A model generated the notes under the pieces. It was given only the letters and a program-made list of their open reading frames with translations, made no database searches and was not told where the DNA came from. Source: Octopus bimaculoides (taxonomy: Eukaryota). From it: DNA of 64,000 bases. Within the stretch, counting starts at the first letter, position 1. Every line of letters begins with the position of its first letter. A program made the translations under genes and the position numbers. Shown piece after piece: positions 38,480-52,778 of the stretch. The stretch is from assembly GCF_001194135.2 (NCBI RefSeq), contig NC_068999.1:7532978-7596977 (forward strand), written 5' to 3'.

Positions 38480-39110
38480 GATGCAGTTAGAGCGTTTGAT
38501 AGAATAGCCAAGAGAATGTCTTCCAAGCATCTACACTCTGAGTTCAAATACAGGTGAGGTTAAATCCACGTTTCATCCATTCGAAGTCGATAAAAATATA
38601 TCCATCTGGAGATATGAGTTAATGGAGCTGTAGGAAACACTCAGCCTGATACCATACGGCATTTGATCTAGCGACTTAGGTTCTGAGATCAAATGCCATT
38701 TTTGCCTACTTTATTGGGAGACTTAATCTATTTATGTGCCTCGGCGATGGTTTATCGTTGTGTCGGCAACAAGTTGGTTTCGCAACCGCATAGTTTCAGG
38801 TTCGGTCCTATTGCACGGCACCATGGGTGACTTCTATTAAAGCCTCTCACTGATAAATGTGTTGGGAATAAATTAAGTTGATACAAAGCACGTGTAAGAC
38901 CGTGTGTGTGTGTGTGCGCGCGCGGTGGCTGTGTGCACAAATTTGTAACCGTCTCTCAAATCTTGACAACTCTGTTGATTTGTTTACGTTCCCGAAATTT
39001 ATTAGTTCGCACAAAAAACAAGAGAGAGATCGTCAAAATAATTACCTGACTTCAAAGCAAGTAGCACCAGCATGGTCGCAGCTCTAATTACTCGAACAAA
39101 TAAAAAATAA
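38480..39110 (+). mobile_element. Old degenerate SINE A (38480-38620) and SINE B (38740-39110) remnants
   Basis: ctctgagttcaaat…tttcatccattcgaagtcgataa; gcaaccgcatagtttcaggttcggtcc…gcaccagcatggtcgcag. Confidence 0.5.
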
Positions 39111-40464
39111 CAGTACAAATTGATAGATAAATAAATAAATAAATACTAGATGAGAAATAAAGGAAGTTTTGCTCATCAGAAGAACAGAAAAAGAATTGCG
39201 AGGCTACCGTGAAAATCTATATATATTTACACACACACACAGACACACAAACACACACACACACACACACACACCTTTTTAACATTAAAGCTCTTGCGTA
39301 TAGGACTTAATTTACACCGAAATGTGAAATATAAGTAATAACTGTAAGGAGAAAAATAAAGTAGAAAAAAAAATATAATTAAAAAGAAAACACACCTAAA
39401 AACAAAACGAAAAACAAAACGAAAAAAAAAACCAATCTGAAATACAGAAAAAACGGAAGATAATCATCCAGACCTGTTTAACAGTTGTATTAACTACGTC
39501 TTACAAAGTGGCGCCAGTAATCTGAAGTTAAAAAAAGTACCAAGGTAGGAGCGGTCCAATAATTTGCTCAGGGAACGCAACTAGTAGAATTTTATTAGTT
39601 ATGACACTAAGAAGATTTAAAACATACCTCTTAGCATCTGTAACTGCCTGGAGGTAAATAACTTCATAAGTATCAACTATTTCCTTATTGTGAGTTTTTC
39701 TTGTTTTTTTTTTTAGCACTTCCAAACGCCTGTTCTCGACGATCTACACGTTGTTTATGTTGTTGCAATCATTGGAGAGGTGAAGTTTTGTTGCCGTTAG
39801 GCGTTATAATGAGAAACTTCGGTTAACATGATGCTTAAAATGAAACGATTTATACGTTCATAATCGTAAAAAAATATAAAGATCATAAACAAAATATAGC
39901 GTAGGCTTTCGTATTAGAACTTAATATAAATACAGAAGCAAAAATTAAACTTGTTTAGGAAGAATGTTTAGCAAGTTATTCCCATTTCTCATTGAAAAAT
40001 ACNNNNNNNNNNNNNNNNNNNNNNNNNNNNNNNNNNNNNNNNNNNNNNNNNNNNNNNNNNNNNNNNNNNNNNNNNNNNNNNNNNNNNNNNNNNNNNNNNN
40101 NNNNNNNNNNNNNNNNNNNNNNNNNNNNNNNNNNNNNNNNNNNNNNNNNNNNNNNNNNNNNNNNNNNNNNNNNNNNNNNNNNNNNNNNNNNNNNNNNNNN
40201 NNNNNNNNNNNNNNNNNNNNNNNNNNNNNNNNNNNNNNNNNNNNNNNNNNNNNNNNNNNNNNNNNNNNNNNNNNNNNNNNNNNNNNNNNNNNNNNNNNNN
40301 NNNNNNNNNNNNNNNNNNNNNNNNNNNNNNNNNNNNNNNNNNNNNNNNNNNNNNNNNNNNNNNNNNNNNNNNNNNNNNNNNNNNNNNNNNNNNNNNNNNN
40401 NNNNNNNNNNNNNNNNNNNNNNNNNNNNNNNTATATATATACATACATACATACATACACACAC

Positions 40465-40512
<48 letters not shown>

Positions 40513-40879
40513 GAGTATACACACACAAAAAACATATATATATATACGAGTATGTATGTAGATATTGACGGTTGTTTTTGAAGGATTTCTCAGTACTTTC
40601 AGTGGAACATGTGTTCATTAAACTTACACAATAAAACGACTATCAGTGAGTTTGAAGATCCGTATTATATTTATATATTGTCCTCAGGTACTTTTTGGCA
40701 AATTTTTGTCAAATTTTGTGCAGTATAGTGTCTTGCGATTGCTGCTTATACATGAATTGCAAGCTTACGGGAAAGAGCTGTACTCATGTGGCCTATATAA
40801 GACATGGACGCGTAAAGTTTACAACCCAAATGGTTGATTCTTCGATCATTTCGAGTTTGTTCTCAGGTTCGCATGCTTG

Positions 40880-41310
40880 TTGTGTTTTATCGATAAAGCA
40901 TCTTTGAATTAGAAAATTACTATTTGTAAATCTCACAATGAAAGATATTCAGCAACAGTACTTTGGAGTAAAGATTGTTTGCCAACATAACATGGCAGTC
41001 CTGGTTTAGGACGAATGTTGCTGTAATTTAACCCCAGGAGACATCGTCTCCAGCTGGCTATACGACACGATTGGTGTCCTTATATTTTTGAACAAGGGAA
41101 TCTAGCACCCCCTCTCAGCTCAAAACAATACCTGTATCGCGATTTCCGGGTAATTTCCCTTCATCAGCACGAAATAATTGTTCGGCTGCCAAATTCCCGT
41201 TCGAAATATATAGTGTTCAAAGTCACTAATCTATAAATTAGAAAATTACTGTTCGTAAATCTCACAACAAGAGATATTTAGTATCTTTGTTTATGGCGTT
41301 TGGAGTAATA
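40880..41310 (-). mobile_element. PLE pLTR-like region with a partial direct repeat and a hammerhead motif
   Basis: Imperfect direct repeat 40907-40971 / 41236-41308 brackets the hammerhead-like motif at 41131-41172. Confidence 0.5.
41131..41172 (-). ncRNA. Minimal type I hammerhead-ribozyme-like motif
   Basis: UCGUG-CUGAUGA-A-GGG-AAAUUA-CCC-G-GAAA-U-CGCG-AUA-CAGG: intact core boxes, 2-bp stem III closing a palindromic CGCG tetraloop, AUA triplet, and 3 of 4 stem I pairs. Confidence 0.6.
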
Positions 41311-41824
41311 CTTTGATCCTGTAAATGCGACGATCTATTATGATACCAAGAAGTATTATGTTGTATCGCATTGCAGGTAATTGAATTGTATGTATTCCGG
41401 GTTTATGTATTCTAGAGCAGCGCCTTTCAAATCGACTCCATTTCAGATTTTATCGCATCAAATCATGAGTGAACATATTCAATATTTGAACCAGAACGTA
41501 GTGACGTAATAAATACGACAACGTTTTCTTTTTAAAATATTCTCAAAATTAAAAATAATAATTCTCGATTTCTGTAATAGACACCAAGTTTATATTAACT
41601 ATAGCCAGTCAGCGAATTAATGTAATCGACGATCTTACGTTATATAAATCATTATATGAATACCATCTGGTATGTTCTTATTTCATTTTGATGCGTTTTG
41701 CGTTCGTTTAATGAGGATTTTGAATATAGATTTGAGTCTTCAATATTTGCTATATATTAAAAATTCAAAGCTACTACATAATTTCCTTTATATGGATCAA
41801 ATATATAACAACTATCGAACAGAA

Positions 41825-41990
41825 TGATGGATTCACAGAAGTGTTTCAGCGCCGGACGAAATGTCCTGCAGCTTTTTTTCTGGTTCTTTACGTTGTGCAC
41901 TGAAGTTCCATCACCTTCAACTTTGCATTTAATCCTTATTGGGTTGATAGAATGGAATATCATTGGAGTGCCAGAATCGATATAGCGAAC
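41825..41990 (+). mobile_element. SINE family A, old degenerate copy
   Basis: The inverse reads aggattaaatgcaaagttga…caacgtaaagaac…catttcgtccggcgctgaaacacttctg, colinear with family A. Confidence 0.55.
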
Positions 41991-43139
41991 TTACTCCTTA
42001 TCCAAAATGTGTCTATATTACTCACAAATATTTATTCTTATGCTAAGAACGTTATATATTCAAAATTTAGTGATAGTTTTACCGCCGATGTTGCTGTTAT
42101 TTTGAGACCACAAGTAAATTCTGATCGAACAGAGATTGTCGATCCACCAATGATGGTGAAACCCGATATACCTCTTTGACAAATATCACATGAATTGATT
42201 CAGTGAAGAATATTATGCACAGCTCCATATAAAGTGATGAATTAAACTTCCGGGGTGAAACCATATGCATGTTGTAACTACACGACTTCGACATCGCGAC
42301 ACAGTTATTCTGAAAAGCAATCTACCATAAGAAATAAAAAGAATATTTTTTCTTCGACAAATGCAACAAACTGTTCTGACTGTTTAGTTCTGCAACGAAA
42401 TATTCCATTCGTCTGTTTTCCTTTGTATTATCGTACATTCCTCAGCGTCAAATGGCAGCAGATTCTACTGCTGCTTGTTCCACATAAAATACGTTATACG
42501 TAGAAGAGCATCTCAAACAAGACGATGGTTTTTCTTTTTAACCAACTATGGAAAGAATTCTGCTTCGTAAAAATCCAGTAAATCTTTCGAGCTCCCTGCT
42601 TCAAGAAGCGCATTTTTTAAGGATGCTTACTAAATTATCTAACATCATATATGCAAATACATGCATAAATACATGCGTAGATATGCAGATACATGCATAC
42701 ATATATACTATTATACACACATTGAGAGAGAGAGAGAGAGAGAGAGAGTGAGATAGAGAGAGTGAGATAGAGAGAGGGTAACAATTACGAAAACTTCAGC
42801 TTCTCTATGTACACAGATTATCAATTCACATTTATACTAATAATTGGTGCCCCACTTCTAAATGTAAATGCGTAAAAGGTAAACCGGAAAAGCTAGGCTT
42901 TTCAGAGATAGAAATCCACCAGTTAATTAGGACATTATAAACACAGTATCAAAGTGGAGGAATAAAGAATATGCAAGAGTTTGCTTACGTGGAAAATGTG
43001 AATTCGTTTATGGTGCATTTATGGCAATGAAGGAGCTTTGCATCTTTGTTATAAGAGTTCTCTTTCGTTCTGGGAAGACTCCAAATGATTAACAATAGAC
43101 CATACGTACCTACGTTCTTACATGGATACATATATACGT

Positions 43140-43189
<50 letters not shown>

Positions 43190-44709
43190 GGGGTTATAAC
43201 CTGTTAATACCAGATAATCGGTGTATTGTTTCTTTGATGTTCAAATAACGATACCAATGTTTAGCTCATTATGTAAATATTAACAGTCTGTAAACGATAC
43301 TTGTTCAGAAGTAAAATACCTGTAGGAATGTCGACATTTCTATCAACACCTCTAATGAAAGCCATTATATATTGTTCTCGTAACTAGATTTTGTTATCAA
43401 CGTTTTTGTTCTTCAGTGATTTGGATGAAATATAAGAAATAGATGCTAGGCCAGTTTTCTGAATAGGAGATTAACCTAGACACATACAAATAAACAACAA
43501 TATATAGTTACTTGTACGTGTTTCTACATACATATTTGTCTTTGTCTACGTCTCTCCGACAAAAAGTAGAAGCACACGTCCTCACACGTACACAGCCGCA
43601 CCCACACACATACATATACATGCATACACACATATACTCAAGTACATACACAAACACACACACACATATATAAATAAATACATATATTATAGGTATTAGC
43701 TAGATCAAGTGAGAGGTGTTAAGATGGATTCCAGGTGGGGATGAGGCACAGTTATATGGCCATCTCTGCTGACCCATCAATGGGAAGGTGCTATAGTTCA
43801 GGGTCGAAACATCGCTGGATACCATCTGATAACATAATTTCCTCCTGACCAAAGCTCCCTTCGCTTTGATGTAAAATAAAGAAACACCTACTATAATTAT
43901 ATATAAGTATATATGCATAAACACGCACGCACACACTCACACACACTCACACACAAACACACAAACACACACACACACACACACGTCCATAAATATGTGT
44001 GTGTGTGTGTGTATTTGTATCTTTATATGACTTTGTGTAAGCATTTGATACTTCTTTCTACTGATATATTAAAAGGATCATCCGTTTATAACATCTTATA
44101 AATCCTTTATGTTCAGTAGCGCTCCAGCTTTGGCTACCACATCATTGAGTACACTATCCAATCCGTCCTTACACGTCTTTGAGTGCATCATCCAATACGT
44201 TCTTTTTCTTTTTCCTAAAACCTATAAGAATGACTTGACAGGCATTTGATTGATTGCAATTTTCTTAGATTATTTCAATGAAGAAATGAAATATGTTCGT
44301 GTTTTCGTTTTATGTTTTTATAGTAGATTAGTTTGGGAATTATAATTTCGTAATATAACTCCGAATAGACGCTATTATAAATAGTGACAGTTGAAGAAAG
44401 TATCTTAATAAAGCACTATTGATGTTGACGGAAAGATGAAATGCTAAATTCATTTTCAAGGAGGTAAACAAATTACGAAAGTAAATGAGGCCTGAATCAA
44501 TAATGATTTCCATCGTTTTTATAACGCTTATTATAATTGATTTGATGACTATATGAGCTTCATTGATATTGTGCTCTAATTATTGAAATTTTTAGTAATG
44601 AAAAGAAGTCTTTATTGGGCAGAAGAGGAATTGTCTATTACTGGCTCAGCCTTGGTGATTTACGGCAAAATTTCTCTCCCTGTCGCCTTGCGCTTATAAA
44701 AGGTTAAAT

Positions 44710-45104
44710 TCGAACGCTACTATAAAACGACAACGCCCGCCCTCATATCGCCAATATGACCAAGGAAGCCATTCAAACGCATGGCTGGGAAGTGCTACCA
44801 CATCCTCCGTACTCTTCTGATGTGACGCCAACGGATTTCCACCTCTTTCGATCTCTTTCAAATGCTATGCGCGGAGTTTCGTTCAACACTGATGCAGAAT
44901 TTAGAGCTTGGTTGGATCAATTTTTCGAGTCGAAATCGGGTGATTTCTATCAAAGAGGTATTGAAAATCTTGTTGAACGTTCGGAAGAAGTTGTAAACAA
45001 CATGTGTGAATACATTATTGATTAATTAGTTGTTATTTTTTATTAAACCCTTTAAAAAATATAAATTAAAAAAAAAACGCGGGAACTTAGTTGCCAACCC
45101 AAAA
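44710..45104 (+). mobile_element. Mariner transposon 3' half with an intact D34D spacing
   Basis: In frame from 44729: DNARPHIANMTKEAIQTHGWEVLPHPPYSSDVTPTDFHLFRSLSN…ERSEEVVNNMCEYIID* (34 residues between the two Asp). Right TIR cgcgggaacttagttgccaacccaa at 45078-45102. Confidence 0.92.
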
Positions 45105-45254
45105 TGTATGCATTATGTATGTATATATGTATGTGTGGTTGTATGTATTATGTATTTATATGCATGTGTGTTTGTGTGTGTGCGTGTGTGGAGTTGCGTG
45201 GCTCAGTGTGTTACACACAATATGGTATGTATATGTATGGTATGTATATGTATG

Positions 45255-45297
<43 letters not shown>

Positions 45298-45741
45298 NNN
45301 NNNNNNNNNNNNNNNNNNNNNNNNNNNNNNNNNNNNNNNATGCACACATACATATGCATACAAAAGCACTCATTTATAGAACGTGTGGAAAATCCGCTGC
45401 TACAAGAATGATTACAACCTTCTAAGGCTAAGCAATTGATACTTAGAAAATCTCTGGCTAGCTTACTTTCTCTAATTCATTCGAACCTGTTTCATTTTGC
45501 AGTAAGAAGTCATCAATATATTGTAATATTCAGATTGGAATTTTATTGATGTCTTCCATTATTAATGGCTCCTGTTATTTGGATAAACTTTAGAATGACT
45601 ACTTTAATACATAGAAAATTCTGTATATTTTCATATAGAAGCCATTTTATGTTGTCTAAGAAGCCAGTAATTATTCCTATGCATATTTTCTGATTTATTT
45701 CAAATTCCAGCAGCTGCATTTTAAAAAGGAAATGCTACTTC

Positions 45742-45809
<68 letters not shown>

Positions 45810-45942
45810 TTCACACGCCCCCACACGCACGCCCACATAATACAACACACACATATATATATACGAGTGTGTGTGTATGTATATGCATATATACATACAC
45901 ACATTCTTGCATAAACACACATATATACATATATGTAAGCTA

Positions 45943-46011
<69 letters not shown>

Positions 46012-46024
46012 CTATATAAAGATA

Positions 46025-46065
<41 letters not shown>

Positions 46066-47204
46066 GTTGTGTGTGTATATATATATGTATATGTATATAT
46101 ATGTGTTGTGTGCATATATACACGTGTGTGTGTTTATGTATGTGTGTAGTGTGTAAATTTCTGTTCAAAATAATCCAATGTTTGTTAATCTTTGATGGTA
46201 TATCTCAAACATCACCATTGTTAGATTCTCTGTTTTTTTTTTATTATTAACATATGTTTCTTTCAGAAAGAAGTCAATTGTGAGATATATGTTACAATCA
46301 GGATTTTATGTATTAATAATATATTACTACGAGTCTATATTCACTGTTAATTATCGATAATTACTTTCATGGACTCGAATATATGTCTTTCCCTCTGATA
46401 TCAATTCGTTATCAGAATTAGTGTGAGTTTGAAAATTCTTTTTTCCTTTTCCTTGATATGATTAAACGAATGCACTGTGTTTCACCTGTTGTGTTAACCT
46501 CAAGCTATAAATGTTATATATATCTTCTAATTTCCTTCGTCGTCTATTTTTTTTCGATCTACTACATCATGTAAACAACAGGTGAGAATGATTTCTTCTA
46601 TAGCGTCATCTGGATTCCCAACAATTCTAGGGCTCTAGACAGGTTCCTTAGAGGAGAAAATCTTGTAGTAATTTTATCCACGACTGTGTTTTGTCGAAGG
46701 TTGTTTTCGTTACTGCTACGCTCTCGCTTTCCTTAAACTATTTTCTGTTGTTAAACAAATGAAAGAAGAGTGTATTGAAGAATTTTAGAATATGCGCCAA
46801 TCTGCTGCAGATTAAACTATAGTGATTAAACAAGTGAACAAGCAGCATATACGTAGATACACACTTGTACGTACATGTACACAAATATATTATGTACATA
46901 CATATACCCCTCACACTCATATATATATATATATATATATACATATATANNNNNNNNNNNNNNNNNNNNNNNNNNNNNNNNNNNNNNNNNNNNNNNNNNN
47001 NNNNNNNNNNNNNNNNNNNNNNNNNNNNNNNNNNNNNNNNNNNNNNNNNNNNNNNNNNNNNNNNNNNNNNNNNNNNNNNNNNNNNNNNNNNNNNNNNNNN
47101 NNNNNNNNNNNNNNNNNNNNNNNNNNNNNNNNNNNNNNNNNNNNTATATATATATATATATATATTTACAGACATACATATATAGTCGAAATGTATATAG
47201 TTTG

Positions 47205-47340
47205 CAGAAAACGAATGACGAAGGCGGTTGAAAGAAATAACAAGCAGGTGTATTAATTTGACGCTCGGGAGGAATTGAATAGTCTTTGACGTTTCCAGCC
47301 TACGCTCTTCGACACAAAGGATTGAGAGACAAAACAATAA
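47205..47340 (-). mobile_element. Diverged copy of the 190-bp hammerhead-bearing element
   Basis: Minus: ccttt-gtgtcga-a-gagcgtaggctg-gaaa-cgt-c-aaagac…cccgagcgtcaaa (47283-47320). Confidence 0.65.
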
Positions 47341-47404
47341 ACCGAGAATGGACGAAAAATATCACGCAGAGAAAAATAAAAATGTGTAGCGATTAACGTT
47401 TCGG

Positions 47405-47520
47405 CATGTCTTATGATTTAACTCACTCACCGGTTAAATTTTCACTCATTTTCTTCTTTAATTTTCTAAAATTTTCGTTGCGTCTTGCGACCTTTTCAAT
47501 AGTTTTGACTCTGACCGTTA
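47405..47520. repeat. Interspersed repeat also present at 49480-49570
   Basis: tttaactcactcaccggttaaattttcactcatt…ctaaaattttcgttgcgtct(t/c)gc(g/a)acctt is shared; probably a PLE 3' region. Confidence 0.6.
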
Positions 47521-48804
47521 TTCACACTGCGTTCCTTTTTTGTTTGCGCGCATGTGTGTGGCTTAGTGTATGTGTGTGCATATACATGCATGTACGCATG
47601 CATGAATGCATGTATTTATGCATGTATGTGTATACATTTGTATGTATGTATTCTGAATATTCATCTGTTTGCGTGTCCGTGTTTGTGTGTTTTTAAGCAT
47701 GTATGTGTGTGTGTTTGTCTATGTGTGTGCGTACCTCTTTTTTTCCTTGTGTGTTCATGTCTGAGAGTACGTGTGTGTGTGGGGCGGGATATGTATGAAA
47801 TGAAACGAAAAATATATACAGAACTACATACACCACATTCAATTCTCTGGATATCATCAGAAAGATAGGGTTCGAATACACAACCTAACTACCATTCAAA
47901 TGAGCGCAACATACCTAGGAAAAGTTTTAACGGCAATAGAGACCAGATAAAACCAAGATTAACTTCAACCCATTACAGTCTGGCGATGGTTTCGCCGGCC
48001 CAAAATTCGAAGTCACTGTGAATAATCTTCTTCATAAAGAATAATGAATTTGTGCTCTACAACAGTATGGCGTAAAGCATAATGTAAAATTTCTTTATTA
48101 TAACTGACGATGAAAAGAAACATGAATATTAATACATATATATAATAACGATATACACACACATTCACATAGTCTTCATATATATATATATGTGTGTGTG
48201 TGTGTATTAGTTTGTTTATGTGTGCGCATATATATATATATATATGTACATACACAAATATGCATATATGTGCCTATATATGTGTAGAGAGCGAAGAAAA
48301 AGAGAGAAAGAGAGAGATAGAATGAAAGAGAAAGACAGAAAATGATCAGGTGAATTGGACTCTGCAGTTGGTCTTGAGAAGCACGCTTCATGGACGTTGG
48401 CCATAGAAAAGCTGAAATGGTTTTGTATGTCTCTCAGGACGCCACAAAGTCATTATTCAAAAATTCCACAAAACATCACCAGNNNNNNNNNNNNNNNNNN
48501 NNNNNNNNNNNNNNNNNNNNNNNNNNNNNNNNNNNNNNNNNNNNNNNNNNNNNNNNNNNNNNNNNNNNNNNNNNNNNNNNNNNNNNNNNNNNNNNNNNNN
48601 NNNNNNNNNNNNNNNNNNNNNNNNNNNNNNNNNNNNNNNNNNNNNNNNNNNNNNNNNNNNNNNNNNNNNNNNNNNNNNNNNNNNNNNNNNNNNNNNNNNN
48701 NNNNNNNNNNNNNNNNNNNNNNNNNNNNNNNNNNNNNNNNNNNNNNNNNNNNNNNNNNNNNNNNNNNNNNNNNNNNNNNNNNNNNNNNNNNNNNNNNNNN
48801 NATA

Positions 48805-48841
<37 letters not shown>

Positions 48842-48949
48842 GTACATACACAAATATGCATATATGTGCCTATATATGTGTAGAGAGCGAAGAAAAAGAG
48901 AGAAAGAGAGAGATAGAATGAAAGAGAAAGACAGAAAATGATCAGGTGA

Positions 48950-49190
48950 ATTGGACTCTGCAGTTGGTCTTGAGAAGCACGCTTCATGGACGTTGGCCAT
49001 AGAAAAGCTGAAATGGTTTTGTATGTCTCTCAGGACGCCACAAAGTCATTATTCAAAAATTCCACAAAACATCACCAGAAAATATATAATAAAAACCGTT
49101 TCATCTATCTTTTGTGATATATACTGTGTTGGAACACATCATAAGAAATCTATGACAGGTGTTATCTCGGGAAAAATGTTGCAATAACTG
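48950..49190 (+). pseudogene. Decayed LINE reverse-transcriptase fragment
   Basis: VGLEKH..W and LSFVIYTVLEHIIRN resemble RT motifs DLEKA.D and LSPLLFNIVLE; frameshifted. Confidence 0.3.
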
Positions 49191-49339
49191 GCTCAACAAC
49201 AATGCGTATAGACATTAAGTATGATGCACTGATGCCTATTTTGAATACTACTTTAAGTTGCGTAGTGTGAATATTTAATTTGCGGCGTGGCTATTCACAA
49301 CATCCGTCCATCTTTTTAACATATCAGAAACTAAGTGTT

Positions 49340-49570
49340 TGACGCATTTCATTGAACTGTTTGCATCTTATTCCTGCAATTATCAAAATAAATTTTTTGG
49401 ATTTGCTTTGCAAGATTCTTTATGTGAATTCGTGTGTTGAAGCATATTTTATTGTGTATGGGGGGAGTCATTCTCTTGTAGTACCTTATTATTTAACACA
49501 CTCACCAGTTCAATTTTCACTCATTTACTTAATTATTTTTCTAAAATTTTCGTTGCGTCTCGCAACCTTT
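49340..49570. repeat. Second copy of the 47405-47520 repeat with extended flank
   Basis: Shared sequence as above. Confidence 0.55.
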
Positions 49571-50053
49571 ACATTTCAGTCGGTAATTATCTTTCTTTTC
49601 ATAAGTAGTTAAAGGAATGTGATGTGCTAAATTTTGAACTCTCGGAATATAAATGTTGAATATCTTTCTTTGCGAGTTCGAAGTTGCCACTGGCACATTC
49701 GAACCGGTAATAACTTTTATACACATCACTGCTTTGCGCGCCCACCCCGCAATTTATTTACGGTGAGCCGACGATTAAGGCTATCAGCCTATGTACGATG
49801 AGTGGAATAGCATAAAAGAGATTGCCTCTCTTACCAGCTCGCGTTGCCACCATCACGTTTCTGAGACTGAAGAAGAGATAACGAATTATTTGCAACTCCC
49901 TGTTTGGATATGTAGTTCCGCAACCAGCTGGTTCTGTTGTTTTCATCAAGTGTTTGGTTGTCGCTTCTCTGCTCTTTGATTTCTTTCGCGTACATAGTGT
50001 AGTGTATTATTGATGTGATATCAAGCAAAAACACGTATACCTACACACACACA

Positions 50054-50092
<39 letters not shown>

Positions 50093-50190
50093 GTGCGTGG
50101 ATCGCAAATATATATTACATATATGGAATGTTTATCTTACTACTCGAAATCCATTGTACTTTTTATATTACACCAGCATACACACACAAA

Positions 50191-50238
<48 letters not shown>

Positions 50239-51464
50239 TACACACGCGTAGTTCTATACTTCTTTCGCTCAATTTATATATCTATACACTTGCATTTGTT
50301 CATTAAAATATATTGAAATTTCCAAATGGAATTTCCAGATCACCAGCAATAAATAATAATTAATTACTTTAGAAATGTATCAAATTATACATATATTTTA
50401 TCCCACAAACTACAAATTTCTTAGCGATAAACACGATGTGAATATAGTTTCTTTACTTCTATATAACGTAAAATTTACCAACGATATTTTATTGACTGAA
50501 GTGACATTGCTAAATTAAACTCAGGGTATATATTATAGTTAGGATTGATTTCCAAAGAAGCCTTTAAGCTAATTCATATATTCTTATGGAAAGTTTTCAG
50601 CTCATATACTTCTTAACAATGATTTTATTAAAAATTATGTAAATATCCTTATCGTTTTCTTCACACCTTATTTTAGTCTACTTAACTTCGTTGAACGATA
50701 TCTGTAACACAATTTTTTGAAATGTTAGATAAACGACGCAAGTAGACTTGTTTCTTCAACCAGACCAAAAATATCTGTTTAACACATGATGCAAGAAAAA
50801 TCAATATGGACTTAGCCTCGGGTAGAAGCTAATCATAGTGAGAATAACAAAAGTGTGCGTATATATGTAAGAATATGTGTACGTGTATATGTGAGCCTCT
50901 ACATGCACAAATCTGGTGCAGTTAAAGAAAGAAGGAGAGTGAGAGAGAGAAATACAGAGCAAGACAGAGAAATACAGAACGAGACAAAGAAATAAAGAGA
51001 AAGACAATTGGGTACAGTTTACAGTTTTTATATTTCTTTCCGATGCTATACCAAGAAAATTCTGAATGTTATAATTAGTTAACTTCTATATTTATTAAAC
51101 AAAGCATCATTAAATTATATAAGATGTATGTAAAAGTTTAAATCTAAGAATTCTATCACGCTTTTCTGATCTAAGAATCGCTAATTCCTTATCATAATTT
51201 TGTAACAATGACGAACCGTTATAGAGGTTGCTATCGAGGGATCTGCTATAAGAAGTAAACAACACGAGAAGTTTAGCAAAATAGTATATGAATGCGGTAG
51301 GAACAAGCTGACATATTTGATGTTTACTGAAGTGGTCAAAATAATAAACAATCATGTAAACCGACAAGGCAAACAAGTGCATGCTCTGCAAACCCTTCTT
51401 ATGTAAAAAGCCAGTGCATTACGAATACAGACTGGCCAATGCAAAATAATACCTATGCATATAG

Positions 51465-51525
<61 letters not shown>

Positions 51526-51528
51526 AAT

Positions 51529-51760
51529 TGAGGGAGTGGAGCAAGTAAAATCTAGGCTACGTATTTCCCGTATCTTGCAGAACCTCCTCTGTGAGTTACC
51601 TTGGGTCCCTCGATGACAATGTAATCTCTATTTAACTAAAGTAGATTTGGCTTGATGAGTACCTAGTGGAATACCCCTCATTGAGTAATCATTAGTTCTG
51701 AGGTATTTTGCTCGCTAGGAAGCATACATAGTCTGGATTTTACCTGCTCCATTCCCTTAA
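51529..51760. mobile_element. About 230-bp MITE with 36-bp TIRs
   Basis: TGAGGGAGTGGAGCAAGTAAAATCTAGGCTACGTAT (51529-51564) versus the inverse of 51724-51759: 30/36, all six differences transitions. Ends are TTGA|GGG…CCC|TTAA. Confidence 0.75.
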
Positions 51761-51961
51761 TATGGATTTTTGTTCGCCTACATAGCAAACTTAGTTGCTC
51801 ACCTTGAACTATAATACAACTTTCTCCAACTGATCGAACATCGATGTAGGGAAAGGTTACAGCTTTCTACGCCAATAATCGACTATTGTTCCTGAAAGTT
51901 ACTTTTATACACGCTCTGTGGACTGCTCGAATATTACTAGTTATCTGAACCTGGACCCATG

Positions 51962-52014
<53 letters not shown>

Positions 52015-52278
52015 NNNNNNNNNNNNNNNNNNNNNNNNNNNNNNNNNNNNNNNNNNNNNNNNNNNNNNNNNNNNNNNNNNNNNNNNNNNNNNNNNNNNNN
52101 NNNNNNNNNNNNNNNNNNNNNNNNNNNNNNNNNNNNNNNNNNNNNNNNNNNNNNNNNNNNNNNNNNNNNNNNNNNNNNNNNNNNNNNNNNNNNNNNNNNN
52201 NNNNNNNNNNNNNNNNNNNNNNNNNNNNNNNNNNNNNNNNNNNNNNNNNNNNNNNNNNNNNNNNNNNNNNNNNNNNNN

Positions 52279-52313
<35 letters not shown>

Positions 52314-52586
52314 ATATATATATGTATATCTATATCTATATCTATATCTATATCTATATATATATATGCATGTAACATTTATATGTATGTATATATTTAG
52401 ATAGATGTGAATACTTGCGTGTGTCTCTGTTTTGTGCATACATGCATGCATGCATGCACCTATGTATGTATGTATGTATGCAATTGTCAAAATATTTCCC
52501 AAAGATATTCATAATTACATAGTTCTGCAAGAAATATCAAAAGCGCAACGATAGCAACATATGCAGCAAATATCACAACCACTATA

Positions 52587-52631
52587 CTACTACTACTACT
52601 ACTAATGATGATGATGACGATGATGATGATA

Positions 52632-52666
<35 letters not shown>

Positions 52667-52678
52667 AATAATGATGAT

Positions 52679-52731
<53 letters not shown>

Positions 52732-52778
52732 TAATAATAATGATAATAATAATAATGATAATGATAATAATAATAATC
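52587..52778. repeat. Compound trinucleotide array (CTA)n(ATG)n(ATA)n
   Basis: Direct reading. Confidence 0.95.

Noticed and set aside
41757-41963. ORF superficially resembling piggyBac transposase (…FDPYKG)
   Set aside because: The DNA is colinear with SINE family A, so the peptide similarity is coincidental.
48245-49078. Apparently exact 238-bp direct duplication (48245-48482 = 48841-49078)
   Set aside because: The copies flank an N-gap and the first ends exactly at the gap edge, which is typical of an unmerged contig overlap. Probably an assembly artefact.
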